Source: a virus
Lineage: Duplodnaviria > Caudoviricetes
Virus record (IMG/VR): IMGVR_UViG_3300028886_000028
Location: 1-64,000 of that record
Length of the DNA: 64,000 nucleotides
Reading direction: 5' to 3' (one strand)
Positions within the stretch are counted from its first letter, which is position 1; every line of letters begins with the position of its first letter. The notes below the pieces were generated by a model. It ran no database searches. It saw only the letters and a program-made list of their open reading frames with translations, and was not told where the DNA came from. This document shows, piece by piece, positions 7,924 through 16,617 of this stretch. Position numbers and translations under genes: made by a program.

Positions 7924-10900
7924 ATGAGAAAAACAGTTTATATAGGAGAAAATAAATTAGTAGATTTAAAAAATGCTATGACCAGTAATAATACTGGCCA
8001 TAGTATTTTCATGTCTGAAGATGTGCCCCCATATGAAGCAGATGAATTTGAAGCTTGTGGAGAGGGTGGCAATAATGATTTTTTCCATATAAGCAAAAAA
8101 AAGAAATTAACAGAAATAGAACAAAATGTAATAAATTTGGCGTTAAAGTTAAAGCCAAATATATTTGCAAGATGGGCAGTAGCTAACGAATATTATGCTA
8201 AATATTTCGAAAAAAAGAAATATGCCATTGAATATTATAATTGGGTTACCAGAACTAATAAAAGTTTTAGATTAATAGACACTGAAAAATATTTAGCAGA
8301 AAATAAAATATTAAGTGAAAATTCTTTTGAATCGTGGTTTGGCGATTCTATATTGATTGATTCAGAAGGTAAACCAATAAAAATGTATCATGGAACTAAC
8401 AAAAAATTTGATGCTTTTAGTAAAGATTTTATTGGAAGTAGTGGGTCAGGATGTTATGAGGGCTACGGGTTTAATTTTACTCCTGCTTGGAGCAGAGCAG
8501 TTTGTTATTCAAGTGGTGGCAATGTTATTGAAGCATATTTAAAAGCTAGCCATCCTTTGAAAAGTAATGAGCATAATATAACAGTCAATCAACTTGTAGG
8601 AATTTTAAGGAAAATAGACGAAGGACTTCCAATTACAGATACTTTAGTGCCAAATTATGAATCACCTAGATATGGAGAAAATTGGGATGAGAGATATTAC
8701 AATAGAGCGGTTAAAGTTGTTGCTAAAAATTTAATTGAATTTAATGAAGAATATGGTGATGCTGGTATATATGCCGGTATATGTGAAAGTTGTTCTGCTG
8801 ACCCAAAAAAAGTTATAAAGATTTTTGAAGAAATAGGTTATGATTCTGTTATTTTTTTTGAAGATGATGGCAGAATAAAAACAGTGATAGTTTTTGAACC
8901 AAATCAGATTAAATTAGTAGGCAACAAAACATTTAATTCTAATTCTGAAATTATGAGCGAAAATTTCAGAAGTAAAAATATAATAAAAGAGTCCCAGGAA
9001 TCAAAGTCCATTGCAGCAGCAAAGAAACTTGTGATGCAAAGGCTTAACTATAATGAACAAGAAGCTGATGAGTTCATTAGAATTAAACTTAGAAACGACA
9101 TACCAAGTTTAAAAACGCTACAAGGCAGCAAATTCATCCTTGGTGTGACAAGGATGTTTTGCGATGGTGAATTAATGACTGCTAATGACATTGGCAATCT
9201 TAATTCTACACTTAAGCTTGTTGCTTCTGATGCTCACATTAATGAGTATGACAGAAACCTAAATGGGATGTCTTGTCAAGAACTCGTTCAAAGGTTCGCA
9301 AAAGCAATGAGCGATAATCTTGAGGCTGAGAAAGCTGAAATCAATCAGATGGTGTTTGACACACCTTCGGATTATGAGATTGTTAGAATTGATTCTTTTG
9401 AACAAGCAGAGGAATATGGAGATTACGTGCCTTGGTGTGTAACACATGATGAAGAAATGTTCGATTCTTATACAAGTGACGGTATTAACCAATTCTATTT
9501 TTGCTTAAGAAATGGTTTTGAGGGTGTTAAAGAAGTACCATCTGAAGGTTGTCCGTTGGATGAGTACGGTTTGTCTATGATAGCAGTTAGCGTTAATGAG
9601 AATGGTATGTTAAACACTTGTACTTGTCGTTGGAACCATGACAATGGTGGTGATGACAGTATTATGAATGCAAAGGAAGTGAGTCAAGTAATTGGTATGA
9701 ATTTCTTTGAAGTATTTAAGCCAAACAACAAGTGGAAGGACTTGTTAACTAGTGTTATGCAGCGTCTTGAAAATGGAGAAAACCCAAGAAATGTGTTTGA
9801 CAATGTTGACGATTTCAGTGAAGGTTTTGCTGTGGTTGTACTTAATGACAAGTGGAATTTCATCAATCAAGAGGGTAGACTTATAAGTGACCAATGGTTT
9901 GATTATGCTGACACTTTCAGTGAAGGTTTTGCTAGGGTTAAACTTAATAACAAGTGGAATTTCATTAATCAAGAAGGTAGGTTTTTAAGTAACCAATGGT
10001 TTGATTATGCTTATTATTTCAGTGAAGGTTTTGCTGGGGTTAGACTTAATAACAAGTGGAATTTCATTAATCAAGAAGGTAGGTTTTTAAGTAGCCAATG
10101 GTTTGATGGTGTTGGTTATTTCAGTGAAGGTTTTGCTGTGGTTGTACTTAATGACAAGTGGAATTTCATCAATCAAGAGGGTAGACTTATAAGTGACCAA
10201 TGGTTTGATTATGCTGACAAATTCCGTGATGGTTTTGCTATGGTTAAACTTAATAACATGTGGAATTTCATTAATCAAGAAGGTAGGCTTTTAAGTGGCA
10301 AATGGTTTGATATTGTTGGCGATTTCAGTGAAGGTACTGCTAGGGTTGAACTTAATGGTAAAACATATGAACTTGACACTAGCGGTAATTTATCGTTAAT
10401 TAAGTCAAAGAATAAAAATAAGAAAATATTAGTTTCTGAAAACCAACTAAAAACAATTAAAGAGAATCTTGATTTGGAGGTTGATAGTTCTGAAATAGAT
10501 TTGTCTTCTTTTAAAAAGAAACATGAGTTAGTACCTAATATTTGGAATCCTGACGGAACGTTAAATTCTAGAGTTAGACTAAAATTGCTAGATATAGCTG
10601 ATGATTTTTGGGATTTCGTTAATATAACTTGGGTGAAAAGAAAAGGTATATTTTTAACAGGTTCTATATGTAATTTTAATTGGTCTAAATTTTCAGATAT
10701 TGATTTACATATAGTTGTTGATTTTTCTGAAATTGACGAAAGAGAAAATTTTGTACAAGAATATTTTAACTCCAAAAAAAATGAATGGAATGATGAGCAT
10801 TCTAATCTAAAAATTTTTGACTATCCTGTTGAACTTTATGTTGAAAATATAAATGCTAAAACAGAAACTGGTGGGCTATATGATTTAGAAAAAAATGAAT

Positions 10901-11625
10901 GGGTTAAAAAGCCTGATTCTGATAATATAAAACAAATAGGGTTAGATAAATATGAAATTAAAAATAAATCAGCAAAATTGATGACATTAATTGATAATTT
11001 GCATGATAAGTGTAACGAAACTGATGATGACGCTATTCTTAGAAAGATAATTATAAAATCTAAAGACCTGTTTAAAACAATAAAAGAAATGAGAAAATTA
11101 GGTCTAGAACGTAGTGGAGAGTCTGATTGCCTTAATGTAATTTACAAAGTGCTAAGAAGAACTGGTTATCTTGACAAACTTATCAATTTAAATAATGAAC
11201 TTTATGATAAGTTAAATTCAGTTTCAATTGATGAATCAACAGAAAAGAAAGTTATAAATCACTATTTTAATAAATTTATTACTTTAAATGAAGAAGTCGT
11301 TGCTGATGGAAATGCAAGTCATAACCCATTTAAACAAAGATGGAAACGTGAAAGAGAACTTCTAATAAATTATCTTTGTAATTATGGAGAAATTATGACA
11401 AGCAAAGAAAATGGAAAACAATATAAAGTTTTATATGATTCAATGTTGTCAAGCAGATTAGGAATTAATTATTGCATATGTATTCAATGGAATCCTGTTA
11501 CTATGAAGCCAGGCAATATTATTTATGTAAGGGCATTTGATAAATTTACTAGAAGAATTTTTAGACCTGAATTCGATACCCGTGGATTCGATAACGTAGC
11601 TGGTACTAGTGATGATATTTCCTAA
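7924..11625 (+). CDS. Multi-module (polyvalent) protein: ART-PolyVal-like, unknown WC-motif domain, WG repeats, Pol-beta nucleotidyltransferase, C-terminal domain
   Basis: FESWFGDS..GKP..MYHGT..G.GFNFT..NQIK; PWCVT; six FSEGFA..KWNFIN repeats; LTGS..N.NW..SDIDLH. Confidence 0.75.
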   Translation: MRKTVYIGENKLVDLKNAMTSNNTGHSIFMSEDVPPYEADEFEACGEGGNNDFFHISKKKKLTEIEQNVINLALKLKPNIFARWAVANEYYAKYFEKKKYAIEYYNWVTRTNKSFRLIDTEKYLAENKILSENSFESWFGDSILIDSEGKPIKMYHGTNKKFDAFSKDFIGSSGSGCYEGYGFNFTPAWSRAVCYSSGGNVIEAYLKASHPLKSNEHNITVNQLVGILRKIDEGLPITDTLVPNYESPRYGENWDERYYNRAVKVVAKNLIEFNEEYGDAGIYAGICESCSADPKKVIKIFEEIGYDSVIFFEDDGRIKTVIVFEPNQIKLVGNKTFNSNSEIMSENFRSKNIIKESQESKSIAAAKKLVMQRLNYNEQEADEFIRIKLRNDIPSLKTLQGSKFILGVTRMFCDGELMTANDIGNLNSTLKLVASDAHINEYDRNLNGMSCQELVQRFAKAMSDNLEAEKAEINQMVFDTPSDYEIVRIDSFEQAEEYGDYVPWCVTHDEEMFDSYTSDGINQFYFCLRNGFEGVKEVPSEGCPLDEYGLSMIAVSVNENGMLNTCTCRWNHDNGGDDSIMNAKEVSQVIGMNFFEVFKPNNKWKDLLTSVMQRLENGENPRNVFDNVDDFSEGFAVVVLNDKWNFINQEGRLISDQWFDYADTFSEGFARVKLNNKWNFINQEGRFLSNQWFDYAYYFSEGFAGVRLNNKWNFINQEGRFLSSQWFDGVGYFSEGFAVVVLNDKWNFINQEGRLISDQWFDYADKFRDGFAMVKLNNMWNFINQEGRLLSGKWFDIVGDFSEGTARVELNGKTYELDTSGNLSLIKSKNKNKKILVSENQLKTIKENLDLEVDSSEIDLSSFKKKHELVPNIWNPDGTLNSRVRLKLLDIADDFWDFVNITWVKRKGIFLTGSICNFNWSKFSDIDLHIVVDFSEIDERENFVQEYFNSKKNEWNDEHSNLKIFDYPVELYVENINAKTETGGLYDLEKNEWVKKPDSDNIKQIGLDKYEIKNKSAKLMTLIDNLHDKCNETDDDAILRKIIIKSKDLFKTIKEMRKLGLERSGESDCLNVIYKVLRRTGYLDKLINLNNELYDKLNSVSIDESTEKKVINHYFNKFITLNEEVVADGNASHNPFKQRWKRERELLINYLCNYGEIMTSKENGKQYKVLYDSMLSSRLGINYCICIQWNPVTMKPGNIIYVRAFDKFTRRIFRPEFDTRGFDNVAGTSDDIS
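9814..10380 (+). repeat. Six tandem 102-nt coding repeats (WG-type beta repeats)
   Basis: Units start at 9814, 9916, 10018, 10120, 10222 and 10324; units 1 and 4 are nearly identical. Confidence 0.9.
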
Positions 11626-11691
11626 TAAAACATTATTTTTTAATATATTGTAATATTTATATAAAAATAAGAAAAAAATTATTTAATAATC

Positions 11692-13431
11692 ATGATTAAT
11701 AATAACAAAGACATGAACAACCAGTTTAGCAGAATGAAGCAGCTAATGAGCTATGGCTTGACAGAAAGCAAGAAACAGCCATATTCTGGTATTGAATATA
11801 CTAAGGTTGCTGCTGATGGTAAACTATACGGTATTGTACGTGAAGGAACTAAGTTTTACATAAAAGTTTCTTCAAAAAAAGACAATGTATTAGCAGAAAA
11901 TTTCGAATACATTGGAGGGTTTAGAAATAGGAAAGACCATGAATACTCAAGTTTCGCAAGCGCTCAGAAAAATTTTGATTTTAAACTAAGGTCTTTGGCT
12001 GAAGCATACAGTAATGGAAAAAACATCGTTGTTGAGTCGTGGAATCCTGACAGGCAAGAGGAATTAACTGTTGAGGCTACTGATAAGATGAAGAAAGAAA
12101 TTTCGCGTGAGAGACAAATCATGGAGAATGCAATGAGAATTTTCAACCGTAAGCCGCAGACAGCTATTAAACCTATTAATGAAGGAAATGATTGTTGTGG
12201 AAAAGGCGGCGACCCATTCTGTCAAAAAGTTGATAAAGAATTTGTTGATTCGCAAAAAGCAACTATGAATGAAAAACCAGAAAATGGAGGCGATGCTGAA
12301 AAAGCAAACAAGGAATATAAGAAAGCAACCACAAAGGGTAGTAAAATTGTAGGTGAAGGAAGTGAAAAGCCATTAGGATGGAACCGTGAAGACCCAGATT
12401 ATATGGATAAGTCTCATGGAACTGAAATTGGAGACAGTATGCCATTTGATGGTCCTGAAGCAAGAAACATTGATGATGGTGATAAGAAAGTCACACGTTC
12501 AGGCGAAGAAAAACAAGGAACTATCCATGAGGAAGATACATCAATGATTTATACTCCAGACAATCAGAATTCACCAAAGCCAGGTGTTGGAGAAATTGGT
12601 GATGATAATCCTTTTGACGGAGAAAAAGGAAGACAAATTGATGAGGCTATTGATGATTTAGATGGTGATGCAGACCTTGAAGATGATACTGATGCAAACC
12701 TTGGTGATGAATCATTAGATGATGATGAAGGTTTTGATAACAATGAAGGACTTGATGATGAGCCTGAACTTGATGCAGATGATGATGATTTAGACCTTGG
12801 TGGAGAAGATGCTGTAGGCGGTGGAATTGAAGATAGAATCACCGCAATTGAAGATAAACTAGACCAAATTCTTTCAGCACTTGGTGATGAGCAATATGAA
12901 GATGATGATTTGTATGATGATTCTGGTTTGGCTGATGATGAAGATGGCGATGCCGAATTTGAGCTTGAAACAGATGACGATTATGATGAAGACTTCGGAG
13001 CAGATGAGGGTGGTGAAGAAGATTTTGCTGATGATGAACCTATTGAAGATGCCACAGCATTTGACGATGGAACTGAGGTATATGAATCAAAAGCATATCG
13101 TGCAATGAAACTTAGAGAATCAATAAGAAGAAAAAACATCATGGAAGGTGGCATGACTCCATTTAAAGATGCAGGTAGAGTTCCATCTGGTAATATGAAT
13201 AAACTTGATGATTTTGGAAAACATCCTGCTTATCAGAAAGTTGTTATGTCATTGCCTCCAAAAGATTTGCAAGAATTCCCTGAGTATTATGATATGAATG
13301 ATGAATCTGTTAGAAATGATTCTCCTTATGGAGAAAAGATTGGCGATGGAGCACCATTCGATATTGACCCAGAATCAATTGACAATGCTATTTCAGAAAG
13401 CGTTAAAAGGGTTTTAAAAAAAAACAGATAA
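11692..13431 (+). CDS. Acidic low-complexity putative prohead core/internal protein
   Basis: Late motif at 11653; D/E-rich; many [IL]xE sites; internal G.EIGD..PFD repeats. Confidence 0.7.
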   Translation: MINNNKDMNNQFSRMKQLMSYGLTESKKQPYSGIEYTKVAADGKLYGIVREGTKFYIKVSSKKDNVLAENFEYIGGFRNRKDHEYSSFASAQKNFDFKLRSLAEAYSNGKNIVVESWNPDRQEELTVEATDKMKKEISRERQIMENAMRIFNRKPQTAIKPINEGNDCCGKGGDPFCQKVDKEFVDSQKATMNEKPENGGDAEKANKEYKKATTKGSKIVGEGSEKPLGWNREDPDYMDKSHGTEIGDSMPFDGPEARNIDDGDKKVTRSGEEKQGTIHEEDTSMIYTPDNQNSPKPGVGEIGDDNPFDGEKGRQIDEAIDDLDGDADLEDDTDANLGDESLDDDEGFDNNEGLDDEPELDADDDDLDLGGEDAVGGGIEDRITAIEDKLDQILSALGDEQYEDDDLYDDSGLADDEDGDAEFELETDDDYDEDFGADEGGEEDFADDEPIEDATAFDDGTEVYESKAYRAMKLRESIRRKNIMEGGMTPFKDAGRVPSGNMNKLDDFGKHPAYQKVVMSLPPKDLQEFPEYYDMNDESVRNDSPYGEKIGDGAPFDIDPESIDNAISESVKRVLKKNR

Positions 13432-13481
13432 ATGAGAGGTTTGTTCTCAAAGCCCCAAATTCAGGAGTTGGTAATGATGTA

Positions 13482-13988
13482 ATGCCTCCAATGCCACCTA
13501 TGGGTGGAGGAATGCCCAATGAAGACCCAATGATGGGTGGTGAGCCACCTATTGACATGGACAATACGATGGGAGAACAGGGGGCAGAAGAAGACCCTGA
13601 AAACGGACCTGGTGCCGACGTTAAAAAGTATTCTGGAGAGTTGAGCCAAGCGTTAAACACTTATAACGATGAAAATCCAAGTGACGAAGAAAAAATTAAC
13701 AAATACGCTGCAAATATGATTGCTGCTCAGGTTGCTGATTATCTTAGCGACAAAGACAAAAGAAGCGTAATCAAGAAATTGCAAGGCGATGATGGCGATG
13801 CATCAGATGGTATGAGTCCTGATGAGCAACCACAATTTGAAGAGCCTATGCAGCAAATGGAAAATAGAATCGTTAAAGAAATAGCTGATGAACTTTTAAA
13901 CGGCAGAAAAGGAGCAAGGCGTAGTGAAAGATTTATAACAAATGATGAAATATCTGGAGAAGATAATCCGTTTGTTAGTAAAAGATAA
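13482..13988 (+). CDS. Hypothetical protein; likely -1 frame extension of 11692..13431
   Basis: Frame is open from 13407 across TTTAAAAAAAAAC; the first ATG lies within a low-complexity MPPMPPM tract. Confidence 0.6.
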   Translation: MPPMPPMGGGMPNEDPMMGGEPPIDMDNTMGEQGAEEDPENGPGADVKKYSGELSQALNTYNDENPSDEEKINKYAANMIAAQVADYLSDKDKRSVIKKLQGDDGDASDGMSPDEQPQFEEPMQQMENRIVKEIADELLNGRKGARRSERFITNDEISGEDNPFVSKR

Positions 13989-13991
13989 ATT

Positions 13992-14020
13992 AAAAGGAGT
14001 GAATATTCACTCCTTTTTTT
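13992..14020 (+). terminator. Rho-independent terminator
   Basis: aaaaggagtgaa-ta-ttcactccttttttt. Confidence 0.8.
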
Positions 14021-14054
14021 ATTTTCTTATTATTTATATAGAAAAGAAAATATC

Positions 14055-14489
14055 ATGGAAATTGTTTTTAAAAAAAGTCAATTGAAGATTAATGAAGATG
14101 TTCTTACTAATACATCTTCTCCAGAATCATTAAATAATATGAAACCTGCTCTTGATGTTTCAAACAGTGAGCAAGACAACGACGTATCTTCTCTTGATAG
14201 GGACATTAGCAATACAAATCAATATAATTCAAATAAAAATCCTTTAAGTATAGATACTCAATCATATACTAATAAAAAATTACCTACTGGTAATACCGGT
14301 AGTCAAACAATGACATTTAAAAATACTCCTCAAGCCGCGTCTCAAATACAGCAAATGATTAATAGTACGCCGGCAGCCGCATTACCAAAAAAGATAAGGC
14401 TACAAAATGGCATTGAACGTAATGCAAAGTTAGTGGAAGTTACTACATTTAAAAAGAAAGAATTGGATAAATTTTTAAAATCGCTTTAA
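14055..14489 (+). CDS. Hypothetical protein
   Basis: Late motif at 14030; MEIVFKKSQLKINE, with a similar FKKKEL at the C-terminus. Confidence 0.7.
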   Translation: MEIVFKKSQLKINEDVLTNTSSPESLNNMKPALDVSNSEQDNDVSSLDRDISNTNQYNSNKNPLSIDTQSYTNKKLPTGNTGSQTMTFKNTPQAASQIQQMINSTPAAALPKKIRLQNGIERNAKLVEVTTFKKKELDKFLKSL

Positions 14490-16607
14490 ATGAAAGATTT
14501 GATTAATGAAGAAGGGCAAGATTTATTAAAACTAGCTCCATTTATATATAAAGCAATTTCAACAAAAAGAACGTCATTGGGAGATAATAAAGCATTTCCC
14601 CCATATGGCGATTTTGGTTTTGAATATGATGTAGTTAAAAAGAAATATGGAGAAGTTGATGATAAAATTAATAAGTTGATAGAATATGGTGAAATAGAAT
14701 CTAAAGATATTGATTATTTATTATCTATTTTAAGCAAAAAGTTTGAAGAATGCAAAAAATTAGAAGAGCCTATTAGGCCTCAGTTACAAAAACTTTGTGA
14801 AAATATCATAAATAAGGCATTTTCAGTGCCTTCAGAAACTATAATTTTTAAAAGTAAACTAGTTGGTAAAATAAAGCCAAAAAAAGGAATGAGAATATTG
14901 CCTGAAGGAGAAGATGAAAAAAATACTTATGATTTTGAAGATGTTGATGAGGTTATATTAGCGAACGATGTAATATTGAAAAGAAGATTTATAAATTCTC
15001 TAATACAAGGGATTTCTTATTGGCTTTCAACAGATATAGATGAATGGTTTGATGAAGTTAATAAACTAAATAAAAAGTTATTGAATTTGTGGCTTCAAAT
15101 AAAATATATAAGTGATTATCTGTTGTTTGTAAAAGAAGAAAAAATAAGTGAGAAAAACCCAATGCAAATGTCATACGTTGAAGTTACTATTGGGAAAAAA
15201 GGTAGAAAAACAATAATAGATGCACAGGGATTAATATTTCCTTATTTATTAAGAGATTCATTTAGGGGTTTTTTAGAATTATTTTCTTCTCATGGCCTTC
15301 CTAATGACAATAAAAAAGCAATGTATATTATAAGAAGAGCCGATTTTATAGTAGCTGAACCTTGGGATTTAAGACTTGGAATGGGAATTGTTGACGTGCT
15401 AAAAGATAATTTAACAAACAAATATCAAACAGGCTTGTTATATCAAACAAATATGATACCTTTTTTCTTTACATGGTTATGCAAATTAAAAACAGATGAA
15501 TTTAATGACATAGTACAAAATTTTTTACTTGGCACAAAAAAAGGAAAAATTTTGGCAAAAAAAATTGATTCAAACATTATACATGATGTAGAATATCAAA
15601 AATTTAAAGATAGAATACATCAAAAAAATATAGATAAAAGTTTAATTTCTGATGGGTATTTTTCAAAAGAAGAACTTGACAGCTATGTTATTCAAGAAAA
15701 TGAAACAAATGAAATGATGGCTTATCACGGAACAGGTGCCGATTTTGATAAGTTTAATCATAAAAAATATTTGGATACTGGTGCAGGTTCTCAAACTTTT
15801 GGATGGGGAACTTATGTCACAAATGATGAAGAAGTCGCAAAAGGATATTCAGAAAATTCAAAAACTGTAGGCGTAGATACAGAATATGAAATTGAAAACT
15901 TTTTAATTATAAATTATAACTATGATTCAGAATCGGCTCAAAGAGAAGCACATGATATTATTGCAAATTTTAGATGGGCTGGTAGTTGGAAAGAATTTAT
16001 TGAATTATGTGAAAAAGGAATAACGGCAGATTGGAATAATGATGAGCAAAAAGAGAGGGATAAAAGGTGGTTAAATATACTTAAGTCAATAAGAAAAGAA
16101 AATGCTTTTTTATATGAAGTTGACATACCTGAAGATAATGGCCAAAATTATATAGAATGGTATGGACAGTTCCCATCTGAATTTATGAGGCGAATATTAA
16201 ATGGTTTTTTGAAAATACATGATAAATATCTTAATTTAATGGCAGAAAAAAATTATCCATTTAAATGTGATTTATATCAAGACATTCAATGGATGAGGCA
16301 AAATCCTGATAGAGCCAATAAAATGATAGATATTATAAGTAATGGAGATTATGAAGATTTTTTTTCATCAAGTTATTACACAAATAAAGCACTGACAGAT
16401 GGAAAAAGTGTTTATAGAAGGCTTCAAGCAATATTTTTCAATAGTGATAAAGCAGCATCGTTATTCCTTATGCAATGTGGCTTTGATGGTTTGAAGTATC
16501 CATCAGGAACAAAATGGCGTAAGCCTGATGGCGCGTCTGAAGATGCTTATAATTATGTTATATTTGATGCCAATAAAGTTAAAATAGTTAATAAAACAAG
16601 AGTGTAA
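14490..16607 (+). CDS. Two-module protein: helical N-domain plus C-terminal ART-PolyVal-like domain
   Basis: AYHGTG..FDKF..G.G...GWGTYVT..LYEVDIP..GFDGLKYP..NYVIFD from about 15715. Confidence 0.7.
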   Translation: MKDLINEEGQDLLKLAPFIYKAISTKRTSLGDNKAFPPYGDFGFEYDVVKKKYGEVDDKINKLIEYGEIESKDIDYLLSILSKKFEECKKLEEPIRPQLQKLCENIINKAFSVPSETIIFKSKLVGKIKPKKGMRILPEGEDEKNTYDFEDVDEVILANDVILKRRFINSLIQGISYWLSTDIDEWFDEVNKLNKKLLNLWLQIKYISDYLLFVKEEKISEKNPMQMSYVEVTIGKKGRKTIIDAQGLIFPYLLRDSFRGFLELFSSHGLPNDNKKAMYIIRRADFIVAEPWDLRLGMGIVDVLKDNLTNKYQTGLLYQTNMIPFFFTWLCKLKTDEFNDIVQNFLLGTKKGKILAKKIDSNIIHDVEYQKFKDRIHQKNIDKSLISDGYFSKEELDSYVIQENETNEMMAYHGTGADFDKFNHKKYLDTGAGSQTFGWGTYVTNDEEVAKGYSENSKTVGVDTEYEIENFLIINYNYDSESAQREAHDIIANFRWAGSWKEFIELCEKGITADWNNDEQKERDKRWLNILKSIRKENAFLYEVDIPEDNGQNYIEWYGQFPSEFMRRILNGFLKIHDKYLNLMAEKNYPFKCDLYQDIQWMRQNPDRANKMIDIISNGDYEDFFSSSYYTNKALTDGKSVYRRLQAIFFNSDKAASLFLMQCGFDGLKYPSGTKWRKPDGASEDAYNYVIFDANKVKIVNKTRV

Positions 16608-16617
16608 ACAATAACAT

